From contig CAYFWT010000021.1 of assembly GCA_964346955.1 (NCBI GenBank), positions 1 through 59,136 on the forward strand: a stretch of 59,136 nucleotides of DNA. Reading direction: 5' to 3'. Positions 44,069 to 52,623 of the stretch are shown here, piece by piece. Each line of letters begins with the position of its first letter. The stretch's first letter is position 1. A program made the translations under genes and the position numbers. Origin of the DNA: an uncultured Candidatus Saccharibacteria bacterium. GTDB lineage: Bacteria > Patescibacteriota > Minisyncoccia > Portnoybacterales > UBA2143. A model generated the notes under the pieces. That model was not told the origin of the DNA. It saw nothing but the letters and a program-made list of their open reading frames with translations, and did no database searches.

Positions 44069-45218
44069 CCCCATTAAAAATTCCGAGGCGACTGCTGTTC
44101 CGCCAAAGGCGGAACAAGCTTATAATAGAATCAACCTTGAAACTAAATACTATAATGCCTTTAATTTAATTGACGGTATTGGGCCAATTGCCTTCAAAAA
44201 GCTACTGGCTTATTTTGACTCTTTAGAAGAATCTTGGTCGGCTAGGCTTAGCGAACTTAGCCAAGCTGGCTTAGAAAAATCTGTAATCCAACAAATAAGA
44301 GAACAGCGTCCCCTGATTAATCCAGATAAAGAAATGGAAAAATTAGCTAAAGAGGGTATCGATTTAATTACCAGCCGAGATAAAAATTATCCTAAATTAC
44401 TCAAAGAAATTTATACTCCGCCAGCCCTTCTTTATATCAAGGGCAATCTTAAGCCAAGTGATGAATTTAGCTTAGGCATTGTCGGCACCAGAAAACTTTC
44501 CTTATATGGCCAGCAGGTGACACCTTTTATCGCTAGTGAACTGGCCCGAGCTGGTCTAACTATTATTAGCGGCCTAGCTAAAGGAATTGATACGCTGGCT
44601 CATCGGGCGGCTCTTTCGGCTGGTGGTCGAACTGTGGCGGTACTTGGCTCTGGACTGGATAAAATCTATCCCCTTGGTAACCGTCGCCTGGCCGAAGAAA
44701 TTAGCCAAAAGGGTGCTATAATTAGCGAGTTTCCTCTCGGCACTCAACCGTTGGCCCAACACTTCCCCCAGCGCAACCGGATTATTTCGGGCTTGAGTTT
44801 AGGTATTTTGGTTGTGGAGGCACCGGAGCAAAGCGGGGCATTAATCACTGCTAAAGATGCCTTAGAACAGAATAGAGATGTTTTTGCCATTCCTGGTCCT
44901 ATCTTTAGTCAAAACTCATTTGGCACTAATAATCTAATCAAAATGGGAGCTAAACTGATAACTCAGGCTAATGATATTTTAGAAGAACTTAATTTAAATC
45001 TTTTAACTGTCTCGTCTTCGGCTGATAAAAAAATCATCCCTGATAACCAAGAAGAAGCTTTGATTATAAAACAACTATCTAGCGAACCCATCCACATTGA
45101 CAAAATCATTAAACAAACTAAACTCTCTACAGCTATGGTCAACTCTACTCTAACCTTAATGGAAATGAAGGGAAAGATAAGGAATCTGGGAGGAAATAAT
45201 TACGTGTTATCCTATTAA
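44052..45218 (+). CDS. dprA: DNA-processing protein DprA (Smf)
   Basis: 388 aa with GIVGTRK.S.YG, ISGLA.GID..AH and the RNRIISGLS motif, plus a C-terminal winged-helix-like tail. Confidence 0.9.
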   Translation: MIEFVNPIKNSEATAVPPKAEQAYNRINLETKYYNAFNLIDGIGPIAFKKLLAYFDSLEESWSARLSELSQAGLEKSVIQQIREQRPLINPDKEMEKLAKEGIDLITSRDKNYPKLLKEIYTPPALLYIKGNLKPSDEFSLGIVGTRKLSLYGQQVTPFIASELARAGLTIISGLAKGIDTLAHRAALSAGGRTVAVLGSGLDKIYPLGNRRLAEEISQKGAIISEFPLGTQPLAQHFPQRNRIISGLSLGILVVEAPEQSGALITAKDALEQNRDVFAIPGPIFSQNSFGTNNLIKMGAKLITQANDILEELNLNLLTVSSSADKKIIPDNQEEALIIKQLSSEPIHIDKIIKQTKLSTAMVNSTLTLMEMKGKIRNLGGNNYVLSY

Positions 45219-45228
45219 AATTTATCTT

Positions 45229-47286
45229 ATGTATCTAGTTATCGTTGAAAGTCCAACTAAAGCTAAAACTCTCTCCAAATTTTTAGGCCGCGATTATTCG
45301 GTTAAGTCTTCCTATGGTCATATCCGTGATTTGCCAAAAAAAGATTTTGGGGTTGATGTTAAGCATGACTTTAAGCCAAAATATATCATTCCCATTAAAG
45401 CTCGGCAGGCAGTTAAGCAACTAAAAGAGTCGGCTCAAAAAGCAGGCCTGATTATTTTAGCTACTGACCAAGACCGGGAAGGAGAAGCGATTGCTTGGCA
45501 TATTCTTCAAGTTTTAGATGCGGGCAAAATTAAAAATTACCAACGGATTACCTTCCATGAGATAACCAAAAGAGCCATCGAAGGAGCCCTGAAAAATCCA
45601 CGACAGATTGATATGAATTTGGTTAATGCCCAACAAGCCAGACGAATCTTGGATAGATTAGTCGGCTACGAACTATCCCCCTTTCTATGGAAAAAAGTAG
45701 CCAAAGGATTATCAGCCGGCCGAGTTCAATCAGTCGCCGTTAGGTTAATCGTTGACCGAGAAAGAGAAATAAAAGCCTTTAAGCCAGAAGAATATTGGCT
45801 TATTGAAGCCAAACTAAAAAAGCAAGCCCAGCAAGAGGAGTTCCTGGCTCGGTTAATCAAAAAAGATAATAAAACTATTCCTAAATTGAGTATAAAAACT
45901 AAAGATGAGGCAGATAAAGTATTAAAAGATTTAAAGAAGGCGGAATATAAAGTAACTGAGGTGGCTAAGAAAGAAGTCTCAAGATATCCTGCCCCACCTT
46001 TTACAACCAGCACTCTTCAACAAGAAGCAGCTAAAAAATTAGGCTTTTCAGCTAAACAAACAATGAGAATTGCCCAACAGCTTTATGAAGGAATAGAATT
46101 AGGCAAAGAAGGGTCAGTTGGCTTAATCACTTATCACCGAACTGATTCTTTAAATCTTTCTCTGGAGATACTAAAAACTACCCAAGAATTTATTAAAAAT
46201 AAATTTGGGCAAAATTATGCCTTAACTAGCCCCAGGATTTATAAGGCCAAAGCTAAAGGCGCCCAAGAGGCCCATGAAGCTATTCGACCAACTCGGCCAG
46301 AGAGAGAGCCAGATAAAATTAAGCCATACCTAGATAAAAGACAATATAAATTATATGATTTAATTTGGAAAAGATTCGTTGCCTGCCAAATGACACCGGC
46401 TATCTTAGAAGCTACCACCATTGATATTGGGGCCAAAAATTATACTTTTCGAGCAACGGGGTCAATAATCAAATTTGATGGCTTTCTTAGGCTCTATTCA
46501 GCTAAACTAAAAGAAACTCTTCTGCCAGAGTTAATTAAAGGTGAAGTATTAGAACTAATTAAGCTTATCGCTGACCAGCATTTCACTCAACCACCTGCCC
46601 GCTACAGTGAAGCTTCTTTGGTCAAAGCCCTAGAAGAATATGGCATTGGCCGACCCTCAACTTATGCGCCAATTATCAGCACCGTCCAGGAACGAGGTTA
46701 TGTTGAAAAAGACGAACGAAAGAAATTTCTGCCTACCGAAATCGGCTCTTTGGTTACCGATCTCCTTAAGGAAAATTTTTCCAAAATTATTGATATCAAA
46801 TTTACTGCTTATCTAGAAAAAGATTTAGATAAAATTGCCAATGGTCAACAAAGTTGGCTATTCGTGCTTAAAGAATTCTATCAGCCTTTTCATGCTAATC
46901 TACTTCAAAAATACCAAGAAGTGGAAAAGAAAAAAATTGCTCAACCAACCGAAAAAAAATGTCCCCAATGCGGCCATCCTTTGGTAATTAGATTGAGTCG
47001 TTTCGGTCAATTTTATGCCTGTTCTAATTTCCCTCAGTGCCGATATACCGAACCAATGGTTAACTCGACTGGTGTTAAATGTCCTCAATGTCAAAAAGGA
47101 GAAATAATCGAAAGAAAAACTAAAAAAGGAAAAATATTTTACTCCTGCTCTCAATATCCCCAATGTAAATTTGCTTTATGGGATAAACCCACTGGCAAAA
47201 AATGCCCTCGCTGTGGTTCGCTTTTGGTTCAAGGTAAGGATAATAAAATTAAGTGCAGTAATAAGGAGTGTCGTTACAAAAAGTAA
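45229..47286 (+). CDS. topA: DNA topoisomerase I with C-terminal zinc ribbons
   Basis: TOPRIM start LVIVESPTKAKT, DREGEAI, the active-site region ITYHRTDS and three CPxCG-type ribbons. Confidence 0.95.
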   Translation: MYLVIVESPTKAKTLSKFLGRDYSVKSSYGHIRDLPKKDFGVDVKHDFKPKYIIPIKARQAVKQLKESAQKAGLIILATDQDREGEAIAWHILQVLDAGKIKNYQRITFHEITKRAIEGALKNPRQIDMNLVNAQQARRILDRLVGYELSPFLWKKVAKGLSAGRVQSVAVRLIVDREREIKAFKPEEYWLIEAKLKKQAQQEEFLARLIKKDNKTIPKLSIKTKDEADKVLKDLKKAEYKVTEVAKKEVSRYPAPPFTTSTLQQEAAKKLGFSAKQTMRIAQQLYEGIELGKEGSVGLITYHRTDSLNLSLEILKTTQEFIKNKFGQNYALTSPRIYKAKAKGAQEAHEAIRPTRPEREPDKIKPYLDKRQYKLYDLIWKRFVACQMTPAILEATTIDIGAKNYTFRATGSIIKFDGFLRLYSAKLKETLLPELIKGEVLELIKLIADQHFTQPPARYSEASLVKALEEYGIGRPSTYAPIISTVQERGYVEKDERKKFLPTEIGSLVTDLLKENFSKIIDIKFTAYLEKDLDKIANGQQSWLFVLKEFYQPFHANLLQKYQEVEKKKIAQPTEKKCPQCGHPLVIRLSRFGQFYACSNFPQCRYTEPMVNSTGVKCPQCQKGEIIERKTKKGKIFYSCSQYPQCKFALWDKPTGKKCPRCGSLLVQGKDNKIKCSNKECRYKK

Positions 47287-47362
47287 AAGCCATCTCTTTT
47301 TTTCCTCCTTTAGCTTACTATTATAAAAGAGATGGCTTTTGTTGTTCAGGGCTGATTCCTGA

Positions 47363-48037
47363 TTATCCATAATGGACCTCCTTTTTTTCTCTTTTTACCT
47401 TACGGTTGGCTGATGAATTTGAAGCTTCTGTCTTATCCTCAAGTAACCTAAGCAAACTCTTCAGTATCTTCTCTTGATTCTCTTGAAAGTCCTCCTGGCC
47501 ATTGACTATTTTGGTTCGTCCTCTAGGTAACCTCTCTCGAACGCACTGGTAAACTTCTCCTAAAGCTCGTAGAAAAGGAAGATTGATGATAGTTCCGGCT
47601 TGAGTGGCCCCCAGCTGCTGGTCTCTTTTTAAAGCAACCTCTGGGAAAACCTCAATCAAAATAAAAAAGTCCTCAGCCAGGACAACATCAATAGCTAGAC
47701 CTAGGCCTCGACGAGCCTTCCTGATCTGGCGCTTCTTTTTTAACTGCCTCAAGAGGGCTTTCAAGGAAGCATAGAGAGCCCAGCCTCCTCTTTCCACTAA
47801 GATTAAGTCCCAATCCTGTTCTTTGGCCTCGGCAATAAGGTTACCAACTTCTCTTATCGCCCATTTGTTCTTTTCCACCTCATCTCCTTTGAGTGGCGCG
47901 TCTCTGATCTGGTCCTGAATAAATCTTACCAAATAGCCTAAAGCCCTTAATTCTCTGGCAACCATTTCGATGTGACTGGTTTTGCCGGCCTTAGGTAGTC
48001 CCATAAACTCAACTACTGGTTTCTTCATTTTTCTCAC
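47363..48037 (-). CDS. P-loop NTPase/kinase-like protein, family unknown
   Basis: 224 aa with Walker A GLPKAGKTS and a Walker B-like DLILVERG. Strong SD ggaggaggtg. Visibly GC-richer than its neighbours. Confidence 0.55.
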   Translation of the reverse strand: MRKMKKPVVEFMGLPKAGKTSHIEMVARELRALGYLVRFIQDQIRDAPLKGDEVEKNKWAIREVGNLIAEAKEQDWDLILVERGGWALYASLKALLRQLKKKRQIRKARRGLGLAIDVVLAEDFFILIEVFPEVALKRDQQLGATQAGTIINLPFLRALGEVYQCVRERLPRGRTKIVNGQEDFQENQEKILKSLLRLLEDKTEASNSSANRKVKREKKEVHYG

Positions 48038-48093
48038 CTCCTCCTAAGAAACCAACCCTGAAATTTATTCTTTTTTCAAGCTGCTGTAACTTG

Positions 48094-48123
48094 ATTATAC
48101 TTTTCTTTAATTAATCCTGTCAA
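48094..48123 (-). promoter_or_regulatory. consensus sigma70 promoter (TTGACA-18-TATAAT) on minus strand
   Basis: -35 at 48123-48118 and -10 at 48099-48094, about 55 nt upstream of the P-loop gene. Confidence 0.45.
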
Positions 48124-48203
48124 GGAATTGAGTAATGGCTTATTTAAGCCATTTTAATTATCTTGCTAAAACAATTTTATAGAGTGTATAATTAAAAAGT
48201 AAG

Positions 48204-49685
48204 ATGACTATTGAAAAAGTTCTCAATAAATTTCGCCAGGCTCATCCGTTAGCTGATACCGAGCTAATCGAACGAGCTTATCAGTTTGCTAAAAAAGCCC
48301 ATCAAGGACAAATGAGATTAAACGGCGAACCTCGTTTGGAGCATCTTCTTCAAACTGCTTATGTTTTGGCTGAATTAAAATTAGATGCTGCCTCTTTGGC
48401 GGCTGGCCTTTTGCATGATGTCTTAGAATATACTTCAGTCCAACTAGACCAAATTAAAAAAAAATTCGGCCAGGAAGTATCTTCTTTGGTGGAGGGGATT
48501 ACTTTTGTAGAAAAAATTAAATACCGCCATAAAGAAAAAGAAACAGAAGAACAAGTAGAAAAGCTTCGCAAAATTTTCTTAGCCATGGCTAAGGATATCC
48601 GAGTCATTCTAATTAAATTAGCCGACCGCCTTCATAACTTAAAAACATTAGATGCCCTACCAGAGGATAAACAAAAAAAATTAGCCTTTGGGACGTTAGA
48701 AATCTATGCTCCCCTGGCTTACCGTTTAGGGATTGGCGAACTTAAAGGACAGCTGGAAGACTTAGCTTTTGCTTATGCCTACCCTCAACAATATCAAGAT
48801 TTAGTCAACCAAGTTAAGGATAGATATATTCGAGGGGAAAAATACCTTAAAAAAATTATCCCCTTAGTTAAAAAAATTTTAGCCAAAAAGGGAATTAGGG
48901 TTATTGAAATTCATGCCCGGACTAAACATTATTACAGTTTATATAGAAAGCTTCTTCGCTATGATATGGATTGGCATAAAATTTATGACTTAGTTGCTCT
49001 GCGGATTATTGTGCCAGATATCGAAAGTTGCTACGCTGCTTTAGGAGTAATTCATAAAAAATGGAGGCCTTTGATTGGCCGGATTAAAGACTATATTGCT
49101 ATACCTAAGCCAAACGGCTACCAATCACTTCATACAACGGTTTTTTGCCAGGGTGGCAAAATTACTGAATTTCAAATCCGCACCCCTCAAATGCATGAAG
49201 AAGCAGAACACGGGATTGCTGCCCATTGGCACTATAGTGAGCAAAAAGGCTTTAAGGCCTATATTAAAAAAAGAATCCTGGGCCAAAGGCCAGAAAAAGA
49301 ATTAAAAAAAGAATTAGCTTGGATTAAACAACTTCAAGAGTGGCAAAAAGAGAAATTTTCTTCACCTCAAGAGTTTCTTGAGTCATTAAAAATTGATTTT
49401 TTAAAGGACCGCATCTTTGTTTTTACTCCTAAAGGTGATGTCATTAATTTGCCCGAGGGGGGCACGCCAATAGATTTTGCTTATCAAATTCATAGTGATA
49501 TTGGCCATCAATGTGTGGGGGCTAAAGTTGATGGCAAACTTAGTTCATTAGCCAAACCACTGGAAAACGGCCAGGTCATAGAAATCATTACCCAAAAAGA
49601 TAAAAAGCCAAATCGCGATTGGCTTAAATTTGTTAAAACCAGCCAAGCTAAAAACAGAATCAAGGCCTGGTTCAAAAAAAATTAA
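48204..49685 (+). CDS. RelA/SpoT-homolog bifunctional (p)ppGpp synthetase/hydrolase (HD + synthetase + TGS, no ACT)
   Basis: HD domain (LLHDVLE), synthetase (YQSLHTTV) and TGS (IFVFTPKGDVINLP.G.TPIDFAY). Confidence 0.9.
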   Translation: MTIEKVLNKFRQAHPLADTELIERAYQFAKKAHQGQMRLNGEPRLEHLLQTAYVLAELKLDAASLAAGLLHDVLEYTSVQLDQIKKKFGQEVSSLVEGITFVEKIKYRHKEKETEEQVEKLRKIFLAMAKDIRVILIKLADRLHNLKTLDALPEDKQKKLAFGTLEIYAPLAYRLGIGELKGQLEDLAFAYAYPQQYQDLVNQVKDRYIRGEKYLKKIIPLVKKILAKKGIRVIEIHARTKHYYSLYRKLLRYDMDWHKIYDLVALRIIVPDIESCYAALGVIHKKWRPLIGRIKDYIAIPKPNGYQSLHTTVFCQGGKITEFQIRTPQMHEEAEHGIAAHWHYSEQKGFKAYIKKRILGQRPEKELKKELAWIKQLQEWQKEKFSSPQEFLESLKIDFLKDRIFVFTPKGDVINLPEGGTPIDFAYQIHSDIGHQCVGAKVDGKLSSLAKPLENGQVIEIITQKDKKPNRDWLKFVKTSQAKNRIKAWFKKN

Positions 49686-49748
49686 CCCCGTCCCTTTTCT
49701 GGTCAAGCTGACTATAAATACAAAATAATCAAAAAAATTGGTACGGGG

Positions 49749-50657
49749 TTAAAATTTTGATAAATAATCAATCAAGAGGTTCAACTCTTTCTCATTGCGA
49801 AACTCAAGGATCAAGTGACCAATGCCTCCTCTTCGAGTGATGCTAACCCGCCGGCCTAAAACCGTCCCCAGCTCTTTTTCTAGTTTTCTAAAAAGCGGAT
49901 TTTTTGGCCCTCGACTTCTTGGCTTATCAGTTATAGTTAATTTCCTCGCTCTTTCCTCTGTTTGACGAACATCTAAATTACCTCTGATAATTGCCTGATA
50001 AACAGCCATTCGAGCGGCTGGCTTAGCTGTTAAAATTGCTTTACCATGGCCTTCGTTAATTTTGCTCTGAGCGATGGCTGACTGAATCTTTGGCGGCAGG
50101 GTCAAAAGTCGAAGAGTGTTGGTTATGGTTGTCCGCTTTTTGCCTACTTTTTTAGCAATTTCTGCATGCTTTAACTTAAACTCATCCTGAAGCTGCCTAA
50201 AAGCCTGAGCCCTCTCTATAGGATTAAGATCTTCTCGTTGAAGATTTTCCACTAAAGCTATCTCTAATTTTTCATGGGCAGAACTATCCCTGATAACTAC
50301 CGGCACGTGAGGCAAGCCAGCCAACCGGGCAGCTCGCCATCGCCGTTGGCCAGCCACTAACTCATATTCTACCTGCTGACCGCGCTCGGTAGGTTTTTCG
50401 ATTTTGGTCACAATCAATGGCTGGAGAATGCCATGTTCTCTAATGGAATTAGCCAACTCTTTTAGGTTCTCATCGGATAATTTTTGACGCGGCTGATGGG
50501 GATTAGGCTTAATCTTATCAACTTCTACATTAAAAATACTCTCCTTTTTTGGCTTAAGCCAACTTTCTCTGTTGGTCTGACCTTTGACCAAGCTAGTTAT
50601 TTTAGATTGTTTTTTAGGAATAAGTGATTGAAGGCCTCTGCCTAAAGATTGTTTCAT
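49749..50657 (-). CDS. parB: chromosome partitioning protein ParB
   Basis: GLQSLIP, NPHQPR, GILQPLIV and LVAGQRRWRAA. Confidence 0.9.
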   Translation of the reverse strand: MKQSLGRGLQSLIPKKQSKITSLVKGQTNRESWLKPKKESIFNVEVDKIKPNPHQPRQKLSDENLKELANSIREHGILQPLIVTKIEKPTERGQQVEYELVAGQRRWRAARLAGLPHVPVVIRDSSAHEKLEIALVENLQREDLNPIERAQAFRQLQDEFKLKHAEIAKKVGKKRTTITNTLRLLTLPPKIQSAIAQSKINEGHGKAILTAKPAARMAVYQAIIRGNLDVRQTEERARKLTITDKPRSRGPKNPLFRKLEKELGTVLGRRVSITRRGGIGHLILEFRNEKELNLLIDYLSKF

Positions 50658-50666
50658 AGATTCCCT

Positions 50667-50752
50667 GTCATGCTGAGCGAAACGAAGTGAAGCGAAGAAT
50701 CTCGTGAATGTCCTACGGGATCCTTCGGTCGCTATCGCTCCCTCAGGATGAC
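50667..50752. repeat. pair of inverted GC-rich REP-like units
   Basis: gtcatgctgagcga...cgaagaatctc (50667-50703) faces the reverse complement of gtcatcctgaggga...cgaaggatccc (50717-50752). The same cctgagNga...cgaaggatc unit occurs in the 69-nt core at 2821/30560. Confidence 0.55.
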
Positions 50753-50788
50753 TATTTTGTAGTCAAATCATAGATTTGAACAAAATAG

Positions 50789-51553
50789 TCATTTATCTAA
50801 AGAGACGATTTCTTGAGCTAATTGCCGATAAGCCCTAGCTCCTCTGGAGTGGGGATCATACTGAATAATCGCCTGACCAAAGGAAGGTGACTCAGCTAAT
50901 TTAATGCACCGGGGAACGATTGTCTCAAAAACATAGCCAGCAAAATTTCTCTCCATTTCTTTTTTAACCTGTCGAGAAAGTTTATTGCGGCGATCGTACA
51001 TAGTTAATAATGCTCCTTTAATCTTCAAAGGCCTATCTAAATTATCACGAACCAATTCAATAGTTTTTAAAAGCTGGCCCAGGCCTTCCAAAGCATAATA
51101 TTCACACTGCACTGGAATAATTACTTCATCAGCCGCCACCAGTCCATTAATCGTTAAAAGACCTAAACTAGGCGGGCAATCAACAAGGACATAATCGTAA
51201 TTGGTCCTCACCCGGCGGAGCAATTCGTGAAGTTTGAATTCTCGATTAGATAAAGTGACTAACTCGACAGTTGCCCCAGCTAAATCCGGGGCAGCCGGCA
51301 TAATATCATAGCCGAAAAGACCAGTTTGGCGGATAACCTCCTCTGGCAAAAGACCACCAATCAAAGAATGATATAAATTCAAAGAAACTTTATGGGGATC
51401 TACGCCAATTCCTGAAGTAGCATTGGCTTGAGGATCGATATCGACCAAAAGTACATATTTACCCATGGCGGCTAAATAACTTAGCAAATTAATGGCCGTG
51501 GTAGTCTTTCCCACCCCGCCTTTTTGATTAACTAAACTAATTATTCGAGCCAT
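50789..51553 (-). CDS. parA: chromosome partitioning ATPase ParA/Soj
   Basis: Deviant Walker A NQKGGVGKTTT and VLLVDIDPQ. Confidence 0.95.
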   Translation of the reverse strand: MARIISLVNQKGGVGKTTTAINLLSYLAAMGKYVLLVDIDPQANATSGIGVDPHKVSLNLYHSLIGGLLPEEVIRQTGLFGYDIMPAAPDLAGATVELVTLSNREFKLHELLRRVRTNYDYVLVDCPPSLGLLTINGLVAADEVIIPVQCEYYALEGLGQLLKTIELVRDNLDRPLKIKGALLTMYDRRNKLSRQVKKEMERNFAGYVFETIVPRCIKLAESPSFGQAIIQYDPHSRGARAYRQLAQEIVSLDK

Positions 51554-51617
51554 TACTCTAATTATACTCTATTTTTTAATTGACAACAAGGGGGTTTTTA
51601 GGAGAAAATATTATTAA

Positions 51618-51705
51618 GCCGGAGTGGTGGAATTTGCTAGACACGCAGCACTCAAAATGCTGTGGACGAAAGTCCGTGAGGGTTGGACTCCCTCCTCCGG
51701 CACCA
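51618..51705 (+). tRNA. tRNA-Leu (anticodon CAA), CCA encoded, unusual elbow
   Basis: Type II tRNA with acceptor GCCGGAG/CTCCGGC, anticodon stem CAGCA/TGCTG and loop CTCAAAA. The D-loop reads ...TTTGCTAGA (GC instead of GG) and the T-loop reads TTGGACT (G56). Confidence 0.85.
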
Positions 51706-51734
51706 TTTTTTTAATAAATCACAGAGGAGGGTTA

Positions 51735-52232
51735 ATGAAAAGCAATAAAGGCTTTACTCTTATCGAACTATTAGTGGTTATTGCCATTATTGGATTAGTC
51801 GCCTCTATTATTTTAGTTAGCCTTAATAGCGCTCGAGAGAAAGCAAGAATTGCCTCCACCCAGGCAGAGCTCAGTCAATTTTATTTGGCCATTGAACTTT
51901 TATATGACGATACCGGACAGCATCCCCGCCATCTTTCTCCTTCACCTTGTGTCCAGAACCCAGAACTCTATCTAGACACCTGCCGAGCTGGTCTTGAATG
52001 CACTGACGGAGGATTCCCTGATTGGAATGGCCCTTATATCCCGAAAGTCCCTGAAGACCCCTGGGGGAATCGTTATATTTTTGATCCGGATTATAGATGT
52101 AATAGCGGGGTACTCGGCTGTGAAGGAATTCCCAATGGGACGATGACCCGAACCATCCATTCTGGAGGACCGAATGGCTCCGGAATTAATGGTTACGATA
52201 GCGATAACATCGTCTTGGTTTTATGTAGATAA
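51735..52232 (+). CDS. type IV pilin / pseudopilin (prepilin N-terminal methylation domain)
   Basis: MKSNKG|FTLIELLVVIAIIGLVASI class-III signal, SD gaggagg upstream and a Cys-containing C-terminal domain. The ORF-track start lies inside the tRNA. Confidence 0.8.
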   Translation: MKSNKGFTLIELLVVIAIIGLVASIILVSLNSAREKARIASTQAELSQFYLAIELLYDDTGQHPRHLSPSPCVQNPELYLDTCRAGLECTDGGFPDWNGPYIPKVPEDPWGNRYIFDPDYRCNSGVLGCEGIPNGTMTRTIHSGGPNGSGINGYDSDNIVLVLCR

Positions 52233-52404
52233 TATCTCCTTATGATTCTCAGTCTTGCTTTTTCTTTGGATTTAATTTAATATTGTCTATCGTCTTTAAA
52301 AAGGCAAACAAAAAATCCTAAGCCATTAATTTTTAACTTAGGAATTTCTAAATAATTAGTACCTTAATTCGTATCTTAAAATAACAATGGAAGGAGGATC
52401 AATT

Positions 52405-52563
52405 ATGGAAGAAGAGGCAAAAGATAATGGCAAGAAGGAAAGCGAGCAAGATCTGCCTAGTTCTCACCCTTGTATTGGGGCTGCTGTAGGTCGTCCTCGA
52501 AAAGGAGCGTCTGAAGAGACAAATGGTGCTGAGAAGAATCTCAGCAATAAAAGAGGGGGTTAG
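52405..52563 (+). CDS. 52-aa charged mini-protein with AT-hook-like GRPRKG motif (not in ORF track)
   Basis: Own translation: MEEEAKDNGKKESEQDLPSSHPCIGAAVGRPRKGASEETNGAEKNLSNKRGG*. SD ggaaggagg lies 7 nt upstream. Confidence 0.4.
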   Translation: MEEEAKDNGKKESEQDLPSSHPCIGAAVGRPRKGASEETNGAEKNLSNKRGG

Positions 52564-52623
52564 CCATGAGCTGGCAAGGAGCATTATCCTTAAATATTCT
52601 TGCTCTTCCTGTATAGGAAAGGC

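Noticed and set aside
47176-47370. 64-aa minus-strand ORF
   Set aside because: It is mostly antisense to the zinc-ribbon end of topA and has no SD, so it is probably spurious.
49684-49750. Long-loop hairpin aaccccgt...acggggtt between relA and parB
   Set aside because: It is an 8-bp stem with a ~50-nt loop. It may act as a convergent terminator, but it is too weak to call.
51624-51734. N-terminal extension of the pilin ORF
   Set aside because: It starts inside tRNA-Leu(CAA). The SD-preceded ATG at 51735 gives a canonical prepilin leader.
52399-52584. 61-aa minus-strand ORF
   Set aside because: It gives a hydrophobic low-complexity product without an SD. The opposite strand carries an SD-preceded 52-aa ORF that fits better.
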